Shown here: piece after piece, positions 37,568 to 46,771 of the stretch | How positions within the stretch are numbered: the first letter of the stretch is position 1 | Layout: each line of letters begins with the position of its first letter | Assembly: GCA_964599835.1 (NCBI GenBank) | Contig: CAZRHF010000001.1 | Span: forward strand, 14,556-78,555 | DNA: 64,000 nucleotides | Direction of reading: 5' to 3' | Origin: an uncultured Eubacteriales bacterium | Lineage (GTDB): Bacteria; Bacillota; Clostridia; Oscillospirales; Acutalibacteraceae | Notes under the pieces: generated by a model | The model's database searches: none | The model's input: the letters and a program-made list of their open reading frames with translations, nothing else | Told to the model about the DNA's origin: nothing | Translations under genes and position numbers: made by a program

Positions 37568-38596
37568 CTATAAGGGAATACACATCACAAGACTTAAGGT
37601 TCCGCAGAAATTAAGTTCTCCGCTGTCGGCACCTATAAAGAAACTGCTTCCTTTTGAAAGGGAGACGGTTTCATTGTCACAGCTAAGCGTTCCTTCGCCG
37701 TCAATAACAACACATACGGCATAGGAATCGCCAAGATCGGTAATATAATTTTCCGAAACATTCAGTCTTTTCATCGAAAACTTATCGGTAAGATCGCTTC
37801 CGACTACGATATTTAAGGTATTGTCTTCCGATTTTGCAACTCTTAAATACTTACTCTTGGTTTCCTCTGCCGAGAAGCATTCATAAGTAAAACAGTCAAA
37901 CATTTTCTCAAAACCAAGACCGCCGTGAAGCTTTTGCTCGGCTAAAATAACGCCCGAAGGAGTTTTCCTTTCCGGGATGACCATAAGATCGCTGGGCTCC
38001 TGAAGCTCGATCATAAAACAGCCTGCGCCGATGGCATGCGGCACTCCCCCATCAACAAACCAGAGATCTCCCGCTCTTACGGGAAATTTATGGAGGCAGG
38101 AAAGCATACCGTTTATATCCTGAGCATCAAAAAGCTTCTTCCAATGCTCTTTGGTGATGCCCTCCTTAAATCCGAGATAAACGCAGGCATCTTTCTCTGT
38201 ATCAAGAATATACCAGCACTCGGTTTTGCCGAAGGGAGAATCAAAATGTTCTTTTGCAAATTCAATAGTAGGGTGGCACTGAATAACAAGCCGTTCTGCC
38301 GAATCGAGAAGTTTCACAAGAATTGACTGCTTGCCGCCGTGTTTTTCTGAGAGTCGTTTACCAAGAAGCTTTTCGGGAGCTTTTTCCAAAAGCTCTTTAA
38401 AATAGCTTCCATTCTCTAAAACGCTGAGACCCTCGTTTGGGACAGGCTTGTCGGGGTTAAAAGCAACGGCGGTAGACGCAAGCCATTCTTCAGGATATCT
38501 TCCGTCGGTTGGGTTTTCCTTTCCCATAAAACGGTCGATCCTTTTACCTCCGTAATAAGCCCGTCTGACGCGGTTTTCTTTAAACTTTAGAACCAT
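37568..38596 (-). CDS. type I phosphomannose-isomerase-like cupin
   Basis: LVIQCHP, GKTECWYIL and GGVPHAIGAG motifs of Bacillus-type class I PMI. Confidence 0.8.
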   Translation of the reverse strand: MVLKFKENRVRRAYYGGKRIDRFMGKENPTDGRYPEEWLASTAVAFNPDKPVPNEGLSVLENGSYFKELLEKAPEKLLGKRLSEKHGGKQSILVKLLDSAERLVIQCHPTIEFAKEHFDSPFGKTECWYILDTEKDACVYLGFKEGITKEHWKKLFDAQDINGMLSCLHKFPVRAGDLWFVDGGVPHAIGAGCFMIELQEPSDLMVIPERKTPSGVILAEQKLHGGLGFEKMFDCFTYECFSAEETKSKYLRVAKSEDNTLNIVVGSDLTDKFSMKRLNVSENYITDLGDSYAVCVVIDGEGTLSCDNETVSLSKGSSFFIGADSGELNFCGTLSLVMCIPL

Positions 38597-38610
38597 AAAA
38601 ACCTCCGGGG

Positions 38611-39261
38611 TCAGTATTTAATCTCGATGTTGTCGCCATATACTCCGGGAACGACTCCTCTATCAATGAGAGGTGTGTTATCAATATGGGCAATTATCCA
38701 CTTGTTTTTCCTAAAAAGCAGTTTATCTTCGTGAATATTATCAAGCGGTATGTTTGTACCCTTTGGAAGAGCAACCACACAACCAAATCCTTTACTTGAT
38801 ACCTCAATAGGACAAAAATGCAGGCTGGTTGCATAGACCTCTATAGCCTCTCCCTTTTTAACGTAAAAGGCTTTGGCTGATGCGGAACTGATCTTACCGT
38901 CAATAATTTCATAGGTATGGGCAAGAATTAAAAGCAAATCGGTTACGGCAATATTAATTTCGCTTGAGGTATGCCATTCGAAGGCATTAAGCTTATTTGA
39001 ATGACCGTAACAATAACCCGTCTGGGTCTCCATCTCGCCAAAATAATCTTCTTTGAAGCGTTTGGAAATTTCAAGCTTTTCAAAAGAATCTACAGATGCC
39101 TCATAAAGGCTGCCGTTTTCGGGGAGAATTTTCTCTTCGGCAACCTTTACGATTTCATTTGTATTAATACTAAGCTTTCGGCCGTAGGAGGCAAACTCCG
39201 GACTATCGACCGAATAAATTTCTATTTGCGGATTAATCTCACGCAGTTTTTCTATATTCAT
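38611..39261 (-). CDS. DUF4867-like protein (putative sugar isomerase)
   Basis: 216 aa in a tight operon position. The family assignment is from memory of similar Firmicute proteins and needs an HMM check. Confidence 0.55.
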   Translation of the reverse strand: MNIEKLREINPQIEIYSVDSPEFASYGRKLSINTNEIVKVAEEKILPENGSLYEASVDSFEKLEISKRFKEDYFGEMETQTGYCYGHSNKLNAFEWHTSSEINIAVTDLLLILAHTYEIIDGKISSASAKAFYVKKGEAIEVYATSLHFCPIEVSSKGFGCVVALPKGTNIPLDNIHEDKLLFRKNKWIIAHIDNTPLIDRGVVPGVYGDNIEIKY

Positions 39262-39264
39262 AGC

Positions 39265-40113
39265 TTAAATCACGGTAATTGTGTGAGAAAAGACAAAGGT
39301 ATCGGCAGGTTTAAGAGCGGTGATACCTTCCTTTTCGGTTATATCATAACTGCTGCCGGGAACATCGGGAATACCGTTCCAGGGCTCTAGGCACATATAA
39401 CCTGCTCCGTGCTTATGCCAGAGAAGGAAATAGGGTGCGCCTTGGAAATCGACCCTTATGGCTCTGCCGGTCTTGCGGTTTCTGAGGGTTGCGGCGCTGA
39501 AATCAATATCCTTAAAGGGCAGTGCATCCAGAATAAAGTACTTGTCGTAGAGAGGAAGCACCTTAGAATCCTTAATAATGGGATATGAGGTTTTCGCAAG
39601 GATATTTCCATACAGATTATGGGCGTTTAAGGTCTGCTCGCTGTCGAAAATAACGTCATAATCCTCAATTCCTTCGGGGGTCGCATACGCCTCGTGTGCA
39701 CCGACGTTGAAATACATGGTATCGACCGACTTATTATCAACCTTATAATCAATCTTTACGGCCTTTCCGCTTAGAGTATATATTACTCTGAACTCAAAGT
39801 CAAAGGGATATGATACCTTGGTTTCATCGGAAGATTTAAGAAGGAAGGTTACAGAATCATCGGTTACTTTCTCCACTTCAAACAAAGAAAATTTAGCAAA
39901 TCCGTGTTTTGTAAGGGTGTATTCCTTGCCGTTTAAGGTATATTTATCGTCCTTGAGACCACCGCATATAGGAAACATTATGGGGGCGGTACCCGACCAT
40001 ATTTCAGGCTTGCCCTCCCACATATATTCGGTATTATCGCAAACGATGCTTCTGAGCTCTGCACCAAGCTCGTTTATCTTTACGGTCAGTTCGGAATTCT
40101 TAATGGTTACCAT
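39265..40113 (-). CDS. aldose 1-epimerase (mutarotase) family protein
   Basis: LTVKINELGAELRSI..EYMW..WSGTAPIMFPICG..HGFA..LWH..CLEPW pattern. Start moved to MVTIKN. Confidence 0.8.
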   Translation of the reverse strand: MVTIKNSELTVKINELGAELRSIVCDNTEYMWEGKPEIWSGTAPIMFPICGGLKDDKYTLNGKEYTLTKHGFAKFSLFEVEKVTDDSVTFLLKSSDETKVSYPFDFEFRVIYTLSGKAVKIDYKVDNKSVDTMYFNVGAHEAYATPEGIEDYDVIFDSEQTLNAHNLYGNILAKTSYPIIKDSKVLPLYDKYFILDALPFKDIDFSAATLRNRKTGRAIRVDFQGAPYFLLWHKHGAGYMCLEPWNGIPDVPGSSYDITEKEGITALKPADTFVFSHTITVI

Positions 40114-40130
40114 AGCTATTCCTCCGTGAA

Positions 40131-40919
40131 TTACTCTACCCAAGCGTGCTCGGGGTCGTTACTGCGGTTAAAGCCCTGATAATCTCCTGCCATAAGCCAG
40201 AGGAAATAGGTCTTATAACCGGGGGTAGAAACGGTAGAGTGATAACCGTAAGGGAATTCTACAAGCTCGTCATTTTTAACTCTGTAGGCCTCATCAAGCT
40301 CACCGTCAGCGGTGTAAAGGCACTGTACTGCAAAGCCCTGTTTAGGGTCAAAGAGGAAATAATATATTTCTTCTGCGATACACTCGGTAGGCATATTATC
40401 CTCGTCGTGCTTATGGGGAGGAAATCCCGCCCAGTTGCCTTCGGTGCAGTAGGCTTCGCCGATAGTAAGTATCTTAGCATTGGAGTTTCCGTCGATGATA
40501 AAGCTGGTCTCACGTTCAAAAGGCTGTCTTCCGAGGAGCTTTAAAACAACGTGATCTTCCCTTAGTACCTGAGGTTCGGTCTTTTCTGAAACAGGGGTTG
40601 CACAAACAGCAATTTTGATATGATCGAGAGCTTCAATATTAAGCTTCTGCTCACGGGGCATATAGAAGCTTTCAGCCTTACGGTTCTCGAAAACGTTCAT
40701 TCGGTTACCGATGTCTTCCCATTTTTCACCGTTAACATTAACGTTACAGTGACCTTCGAGCATTATAAAAGCTGTCTCCTTATTCTCGGTATAAAAGTCG
40801 AGATTCTGTCCTGCTTCAAGCTCGATTATTCCGAATTCGAGCTTTTTAAGACTGCACTCCCCTATTTTGCAGATAGGAGTATATCCGTTTGTAGGCTTAT
40901 ATGCTTTTTTAAAGTTCAT
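40131..40919 (-). CDS. iolB: 5-deoxy-glucuronate isomerase family (IolB-type cupin)
   Basis: EGNWAGFPPHKHDEDNMPTE..EEIYYF..DPKQGFAVQ..YTADGELDEAY..FPYGYHS..YFLWLMAG..NDPEHAWV closely tracks the B. subtilis IolB C-terminal half as I remember it. Confidence 0.85.
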   Translation of the reverse strand: MNFKKAYKPTNGYTPICKIGECSLKKLEFGIIELEAGQNLDFYTENKETAFIMLEGHCNVNVNGEKWEDIGNRMNVFENRKAESFYMPREQKLNIEALDHIKIAVCATPVSEKTEPQVLREDHVVLKLLGRQPFERETSFIIDGNSNAKILTIGEAYCTEGNWAGFPPHKHDEDNMPTECIAEEIYYFLFDPKQGFAVQCLYTADGELDEAYRVKNDELVEFPYGYHSTVSTPGYKTYFLWLMAGDYQGFNRSNDPEHAWVE

Positions 40920-41820
40920 ATCCGTTCTCCTTTAAATATTCTTTAACTCTGTCAAAAGAGGGCACGCTTTCTCTGGCGCCTATTCCCATGCATTTGATGG
41001 CAGAAACCGCACTTGCAAAATGACAGCATTTATAAAGGTCAAAACCTTTAATGATTCCTGCGGCAAAGGCTCCGTGGAATACGTCTCCCGAGCCGTTGGA
41101 GTCAACTACATCGGCAGGATAGATAGGATAGCTCACAGTATTCCTCCCGTCATAAAAGATTCCGCCTTTTTTACCCTGCGTAATGACCACTACTTCGGGA
41201 GAATAGGTTTCAAAAAGCTTTTTTGCTGCTTCTTCTGCGGTTTTAGCTCCGGTATGCTTTAAGGCAAATTCCTCGGAAGGAATCATAATATCGGTTTCGG
41301 TAAGCAGACGTTCAACGCCATCGTAAAGTCCTCCGCAGTCGTAAAGCACCTTAATGCCGTTTTTACGGGCGAGCTTTGCGGCCTCTACTGCGGCATCCAT
41401 CTCATTTCCGTCAACCATAAGAAGCTCGGCAGAAAGGATAGCCTGCTTTTGCTTTTCGCTAAGCTTCAAGGGCGGAAGGTCTCCCTTATCAAAAACACAG
41501 GTGCGGCTTGCGGTATCTCCGCTGAGCCAGATGACCGAAGTGAAAGAACGGTAGCCGTCCATCACTTCGATATTGTCGGTATTTACACCGTATTTTGCAA
41601 AGTCATTTTTGAGGATCTGTCCTGCGCTGTCGGAAGAAAGAACTCCGACGTAGCCTACGTCTTCGCCTAGCTTAGAGGCGGCTACAAGTCCTGTGGCAAC
41701 GGGGCCTCCGCCCGCCTGCTTGCTGGAGAGCGCACGCATTTTTGTGTCCTCGTCGGGATAACGCGGAACGCTGATAAGGGTGTCCATAACACAGGCACCA
41801 ATACCTATAATTTTACACAT
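40909..41820 (-). CDS. PfkB/ribokinase-family sugar(-acid) kinase
   Basis: GIGACVMD..GGGPVATGLVAASKLG..VVDSNGSGDVFHGAFA (the DxNGAGD-type motif). Confidence 0.85.
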   Translation of the reverse strand: MCKIIGIGACVMDTLISVPRYPDEDTKMRALSSKQAGGGPVATGLVAASKLGEDVGYVGVLSSDSAGQILKNDFAKYGVNTDNIEVMDGYRSFTSVIWLSGDTASRTCVFDKGDLPPLKLSEKQKQAILSAELLMVDGNEMDAAVEAAKLARKNGIKVLYDCGGLYDGVERLLTETDIMIPSEEFALKHTGAKTAEEAAKKLFETYSPEVVVITQGKKGGIFYDGRNTVSYPIYPADVVDSNGSGDVFHGAFAAGIIKGFDLYKCCHFASAVSAIKCMGIGARESVPSFDRVKEYLKENGYEL

Positions 41821-41821
41821 A

Positions 41822-42664
41822 TTATTTTGCCTTTCCGTCGGCTCCGACCAGTTTTATCTTATCTAAGGCCATCTTTTTAACCGTTTCGATGGGCTTTTTC
41901 ATAAAGATATCTACTGCAATACTGCGGGCAGGATCTTCAAGGGTTTCTTTTGTACCATCAGCAAATGCACAGCAAACATCGGTGCCGATATTCATCTTAC
42001 GAACACCTGCGGCGATAGCGGCCTTAACCTGATCGTCGGGAATGCCCGAGCCACCGTGAAGCACAAGAGGAATTCCTCCGGTTGCCTCGCGGATAGCTTT
42101 AACGCGCTCAATATCCAGCTTCGGGGGCTTTTTATAATGACCGTGCGCGTTTCCTATGAGGACGGCAAGACAGGTTACACCTGTTTCTTTTACGAATTTT
42201 GCGGCCTCTGCAGGGTCGGTAAACTCGTCCATAGCGTCGTCGTTTACGCTACCTACGTGACCTATCTCGCCCTCAACGCCCACACCGATAGCATTGCAGG
42301 TCTCTACAATGTGCTTTGTGAGCTCAATATTCTTTTCAAGGGGATGAACCGAGCCGTCGAGCATTATTCCCGTAGCACCCCAGCGAAGGGCACGGGTGAC
42401 CTCCCACTCAGAAGGGCCGTGGTCAAGATGGAAACAAACGGGAACACTTGCCTTCTGTGCGGCGGCAACAACTACGGGGCAAAGATAGTATCCGACCTCT
42501 TCGTTTAAAAGACGGGGATAGACCTGAATAATAACGGGGGCCTTCGCTTCCTCGGCGGCGGCAATAACACCCATAACTGTTTCGATATTATATACGTTAA
42601 AGGCAGGAATACAGTAGTTTCCTTCCTCTGCCATACCGATGACGGTTTGTAAATTAACTAACAT
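41822..42664 (-). CDS. class II (metal-dependent) ketose-bisphosphate aldolase family (FBA/tagatose-BP/IolJ-like)
   Basis: IPAFNVYN..APVIIQV..HLDHG..EGEIGHVG..GNAHG..LVLHGGSG. Confidence 0.85.
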   Translation of the reverse strand: MLVNLQTVIGMAEEGNYCIPAFNVYNIETVMGVIAAAEEAKAPVIIQVYPRLLNEEVGYYLCPVVVAAAQKASVPVCFHLDHGPSEWEVTRALRWGATGIMLDGSVHPLEKNIELTKHIVETCNAIGVGVEGEIGHVGSVNDDAMDEFTDPAEAAKFVKETGVTCLAVLIGNAHGHYKKPPKLDIERVKAIREATGGIPLVLHGGSGIPDDQVKAAIAAGVRKMNIGTDVCCAFADGTKETLEDPARSIAVDIFMKKPIETVKKMALDKIKLVGADGKAK

Positions 42665-42676
42665 ATTCCCTACTCC

Positions 42677-43762
42677 TTATCCGAGAATGAGATCTTCGAG
42701 AGAGAGTATCTCAACGTCACTCTGCTCTACGGCCTTAAGCGCCACATATTCGCCTACGCAGGCGGTGACGATGGTCTTTGCGCCAACGCTGGTTGCGTTG
42801 AAGATCCTTCGTTTGGAAACGAGTTTAATGACCTCCGGCATATACTGAGCCATAAGGATATTGCCTGCCCAAACGGTTTCGGCGCGGTTAAGATGAAGCT
42901 CACCGATATTTGCGAATGCAGAAACTACGGTTCTGATCTCTTCGGTTTCTTCAAGGTCGCGGGAAAGCTGATAAGGATCCTGGATAGCAACGGTCTTATC
43001 GCTCTTTGTGGCTGTAAGCTTACCGGTATTTAAGGCATCGGCAAGATATGCGGTATAGGTTACTACCTTTGCGGATGTCTCGATTCCGTATTCTTTATAA
43101 AGCTGTTTGATAGTTTTGGCATCATTAGGATCGTAAACGATCACAGTCTTATACTGTGAGAAAACCTCTGCGGCAGACTGCATCATTTCTTTGGTCTCGT
43201 TCGCAGCTCCGATAAGGAAATCGAGCTGAGCACCGCTGGCGGGCTCGTCAGCTAAGAGGGTGAAGTCTATACCGGTGTTTTCTATAACTTTTATCGCCTT
43301 AACTGCCTGCTCGCAGGCCATAAAGCGTGCATCAACTCCAAGATATAAAAGAGTATCGGTCTTGGCGGTATGTGTTTCTATAGAAGCCTTTAAGGTATCG
43401 CAGAGCTCTGTTTTGCCGTAAGCATTTCCGTTTTCAAGACAGTTATCAAGTAAAACGTTTATGTAGGAAGGAAGCTTATCTTCGAGGGCGGCCTGCAGAC
43501 GGGTCTCCTTGGTGAACATTACGGGATCCCAACCTGTTACACAGTCGTGAACGCAGGCGCCGCAGGTGCAACATTCATAAATGTTGTCCATAATTTCCGA
43601 AAGGTCAATAGCCTCACGGTTAACAAGTGAAATTCCGAGAGCGCGGGCGCGGGCGGTATTTCTTTCCTGACCTGTAGCGTTTCCGACAGGGCAAATATGG
43701 TGACACATCCAGCAGAAACGACAAGCGTCAACGTGCTGTTTGCATTTTTCTGACATAATCAT
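42677..43762 (-). CDS. (Fe-S)-binding protein with 2x[4Fe-4S] ferredoxin-type N-terminus and a GlpC/GlcF-like body with degenerate CCG motifs
   Basis: CRFCWMCHHICP and CCTCGACVHDC give two CX2CX2CX3C motifs. The C-terminal two-thirds has no CCG pairs. Confidence 0.8.
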   Translation of the reverse strand: MIMSEKCKQHVDACRFCWMCHHICPVGNATGQERNTARARALGISLVNREAIDLSEIMDNIYECCTCGACVHDCVTGWDPVMFTKETRLQAALEDKLPSYINVLLDNCLENGNAYGKTELCDTLKASIETHTAKTDTLLYLGVDARFMACEQAVKAIKVIENTGIDFTLLADEPASGAQLDFLIGAANETKEMMQSAAEVFSQYKTVIVYDPNDAKTIKQLYKEYGIETSAKVVTYTAYLADALNTGKLTATKSDKTVAIQDPYQLSRDLEETEEIRTVVSAFANIGELHLNRAETVWAGNILMAQYMPEVIKLVSKRRIFNATSVGAKTIVTACVGEYVALKAVEQSDVEILSLEDLILG

Positions 43763-43785
43763 AGTAATTTTACCTCCTCTTAGAA

Positions 43786-45222
43786 TTAAAGACCGAGCTT
43801 AAACGGATTCATAATTCCGTTGGGGTCGAGCTGTTTCTTAAGTCCTTCAAACACCTGCATCGCAGGGCCGTACTGTTCCTTCATAAGGCGGCCGAGCTTG
43901 ATTCCGACGCCGTGATGATCGTTTACAACTGCGCCGTGAGCAAGGGCCGCGCGAACACCGCAGGTCCAGATTGCCTGATGAAGGCGAAGTGCCTCAACGG
44001 GATCTTCGGGAACGTCTTTACCTTCAACGATAAAGCGGTCGTAGATCATAGAGCCCCATTCATACCAATGAGAAAAGTGTGCAATAAACTTAGCCTGGGG
44101 GAAGTTGGTTTCAATGGCTTCCTTCATCGCCCAGTAGATCTTTTCGATCTTATCGTAAGGAGCAATGGTATCCATAGTACCGAACATCTGGGGAATGTCC
44201 ATCATGTGACCGGGATAGAAGAAGGTGATCTTCTCCTTCCACCACTTTTCACCGTACTCGCTTCCAAGGTCTTCTGCGCCGTATTTTGCAAAAGTAGAGA
44301 GAAGTATCTTCTCCTCGACCTCAACGAGCTCCTTACAGCCTTCAATAGCCACGTTCATAAATGCACCCTTGCGCTCAACGCCGACTATCTTCTTAATGAG
44401 AGAAGAGGTTTCGGCTTCGTCATAAAGACGCATAACAGAAGGCTTGAATTTCTGTAAAAGCTCGCGGGAGGCCTGGAAAGCACCGTGCATATCCTGGAAG
44501 AGAAAGCCACGGAAACGACGTTCCTCAGGCTGGTCGAAAATTCTGATCTGTGCCTTGGTGATAACACCTAAGGTCCCTTCGGAACCGATGAATATCTGGT
44601 TAAGGTCGGGACCTGCGGCGTGCTTGGGAGCAGATGCGGTATTGATGATGTCACCGTTAGGCAGAACGACCTCCATCTGAAGCACCATATCGTCGATCTT
44701 TCCGTATTTGGTGGAGCAGACACCTATACCTCTGTGGGCAAGGAAGCCGCCGACGGTAGAGCAGGTGAGCGAAGAAGGATAGTGCATGGTCGCCTTTCCA
44801 ACCTCGTTTGCGGCCCATTCGATATGCTTATAAATAGCACCCGTACCACACTCAATATACATACCCTCGGTATTTACCTCGTAGATCTGATTCATACGCT
44901 TGGTATCGAGTATGATACCGCCGCATACGGGAATTGCGCCGCCTTGTGTTCCGCCGCCTGCGCCCCAGGTAGTTACAGGGAGCTTATAGTAGTTAGCGAT
45001 CTTCAGCACCTTAGAAACTTCTGTAGCATCCTTAGGACAAACAACGATATCTGCCTCGGGCATACGGCATCCGCGGTCGGCCCACATACGGGAGAGCCAG
45101 TAATAGTCTACGCTGTGGGTAACCTTGTCGATAGCGCGGGTAGAGCAGTTTTCCACTCCTACGGCGTCCTCAATTTCGGTGAGGATCATTGAAAACAAAA
45201 ATTCGTTCATCTGGATCTGCAT
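43786..45222 (-). CDS. FAD-binding (VAO/PCMH family, FAD_binding_4) dehydrogenase
   Basis: LPVTTWGAGGGTQGGAIP..GGIILD..TVGGFLA..GPDLNQIFIGSEGTLGVIT. C-terminal AHFSHWYEWGSMIYDRF. AAGGAGA SD. Confidence 0.85.
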   Translation of the reverse strand: MQIQMNEFLFSMILTEIEDAVGVENCSTRAIDKVTHSVDYYWLSRMWADRGCRMPEADIVVCPKDATEVSKVLKIANYYKLPVTTWGAGGGTQGGAIPVCGGIILDTKRMNQIYEVNTEGMYIECGTGAIYKHIEWAANEVGKATMHYPSSLTCSTVGGFLAHRGIGVCSTKYGKIDDMVLQMEVVLPNGDIINTASAPKHAAGPDLNQIFIGSEGTLGVITKAQIRIFDQPEERRFRGFLFQDMHGAFQASRELLQKFKPSVMRLYDEAETSSLIKKIVGVERKGAFMNVAIEGCKELVEVEEKILLSTFAKYGAEDLGSEYGEKWWKEKITFFYPGHMMDIPQMFGTMDTIAPYDKIEKIYWAMKEAIETNFPQAKFIAHFSHWYEWGSMIYDRFIVEGKDVPEDPVEALRLHQAIWTCGVRAALAHGAVVNDHHGVGIKLGRLMKEQYGPAMQVFEGLKKQLDPNGIMNPFKLGL

Positions 45223-45236
45223 TTCTTTTTTCTCCT

Positions 45237-46649
45237 TTATTTTATACTTTTATCAACCTTAAGGTTGGGAAAATACTTGCAAAATTCTTCAATTTCTTTG
45301 CGGTAGTCCCCTTCTATCTCAACAAAGTGATGAATATATGGACCGTCAATAAGTCGGTCTTCAACGGCCTGCAGGTTACTAAATTCGCCCCATATATAAG
45401 TTCCGTGAGTCTGAGGACCATCGGTGGTATTGCAGACAAGAGGCAGTATCATATAGTTGCCGCTTTCCTGATCCATTCGGGCAACAGTATAGGTGCCGTC
45501 CTTGCCTCTGAACCATTCACGCTGATTAACAAGACGTGCGGTGCTGTCGATTCCGCTTTCGGCCTTCTGTGAAAGCGGGAAGGGTCCGCAATGCCAAAGA
45601 AGCTCAGCATTCTTATTTTCCGGATGACGCACGGTGAATTCTCCGAATAAGGGCTTGCCCTCACCCATAGTTGCACATTTAAGAAGGGACATTGTGATAG
45701 CGCAGTGAATATCACTTTCACAGGAGACCATATATCCCATATCGTTAAGCATTCCGTAAACCGCACAGGGTGCAAGACCGTCGAACATAACCGGAGTTGC
45801 CGTCCAGCACTCGGCCGACATAACATCGAGATCGAATTCCTCAAATATGTGCTTATATGTTGCGGCAAGGGTTGCCATTGAGTTTATGTATTTCGGTGTA
45901 AGCTCATCAAGTTTGAAATTACTAAGGAAATATTTTTCATATTCGGCAATTTCATCAGCATAAAGTTCCTTAGCGGCATTAAAGCGCTGCTGAACCATAG
46001 CGAAGTTTATAGCGATAATGCGAATTCCGAACTTCTCCATAAGCTCGCCTTCGTTGGAAATTACCGAAAAGAAGGGCTGCGGACGTGCACCAAGCTGTCC
46101 GATACGCATTCCTTTGAAGTTTTTAACCATACAGACTACGCGAACGAAAGAGTCAAAGCCTTCGGCAAATTCTTCGGATTCTACCCTACAGCAAGGAAGG
46201 TGTGAAAAGGGAATGTGATAACGTTGCATCTGACGGGAAAGTCCGAAAAGACCGCACTGCGAGTCGGTAGGACGCATTCCGTCAACATAGTACTCATCAT
46301 CAAGAGGGGCCCACAAAAGAACGGGCTTCCCGAGAGCCATAGCAATATCAGCGGCAGCTTCCTCGTTTCCGAAGTTACAGTTGATAATAAATACGGCGTC
46401 GACCTTTTCGTCTTTGAAGCGTTCAACGACCTCTTTAGCAGAAGCATCGTCAAAAACCAGATCTTCGATGCCGATACCTTTATTGTCGACAAACTCTACC
46501 TTGTCAGAGCTGAAATTCTTCTCAATGTATTCGGTAAAGCGTTTTCCGCGTTGCTCAGCCGAATACCAAGTAAGGAAGGTTCCTCGCGGACGGTCGGTAG
46601 TGTTTCTTCGCATAGCGACAAGTCCGATCTTAACTTTATAATCAAACAT
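45237..46649 (-). CDS. L-fucose/L-arabinose isomerase-family protein (uncharacterised subgroup)
   Basis: KIGLVAMRR..AVFIINCNFGNEEAA..LLWAP..PTDSQCGLFG. The C-terminal half has a Fucose_iso_C-like layout. Start taken at MFDYKV with AGGGGA SD. Confidence 0.7.
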   Translation of the reverse strand: MFDYKVKIGLVAMRRNTTDRPRGTFLTWYSAEQRGKRFTEYIEKNFSSDKVEFVDNKGIGIEDLVFDDASAKEVVERFKDEKVDAVFIINCNFGNEEAAADIAMALGKPVLLWAPLDDEYYVDGMRPTDSQCGLFGLSRQMQRYHIPFSHLPCCRVESEEFAEGFDSFVRVVCMVKNFKGMRIGQLGARPQPFFSVISNEGELMEKFGIRIIAINFAMVQQRFNAAKELYADEIAEYEKYFLSNFKLDELTPKYINSMATLAATYKHIFEEFDLDVMSAECWTATPVMFDGLAPCAVYGMLNDMGYMVSCESDIHCAITMSLLKCATMGEGKPLFGEFTVRHPENKNAELLWHCGPFPLSQKAESGIDSTARLVNQREWFRGKDGTYTVARMDQESGNYMILPLVCNTTDGPQTHGTYIWGEFSNLQAVEDRLIDGPYIHHFVEIEGDYRKEIEEFCKYFPNLKVDKSIK

Positions 46650-46685
46650 AACAAGTCCCCTATCAGACAAAATTTTTACATTACA

Positions 46686-46714
46686 ATGATACAAAAATCC
46701 GGAACATATTTCAA
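46686..46714 (-). promoter_or_regulatory. sigma-A-like promoter of the 11-gene operon
   Basis: On the minus strand: TTGAAA (46714-46709), 17-nt spacer, TATCAT (46691-46686). Lies about 35 nt upstream of the ATG at 46649. Confidence 0.45.
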
Positions 46715-46741
46715 TGGTTTTTGAAAATAAATTTTAAAATA

Positions 46742-46770
46742 TTGACTTTTTTTCTTAAAAAAGCTAAAAT
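46742..46770 (+). promoter_or_regulatory. sigma-A-like promoter of the RpiR regulator gene
   Basis: TTGACT (46742-46747), 17-nt spacer, TAAAAT (46765-46770). Confidence 0.5.
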
Positions 46771-46771
46771 A

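Noticed and set aside
34701-46649. Calling the operon a sulfoquinovose (sulfoglycolysis) or a myo-inositol (iol) locus outright.
   Set aside because: - **For sulfoglycolysis:** the sulfoquinovosidase, sulfolactaldehyde reductase/dehydrogenase and sulfonate exporter are missing.
- **For iol:** IolG, IolE, IolD and IolA are missing.

Either label would over-interpret a partial match, so both are kept as competing hypotheses in the findings.
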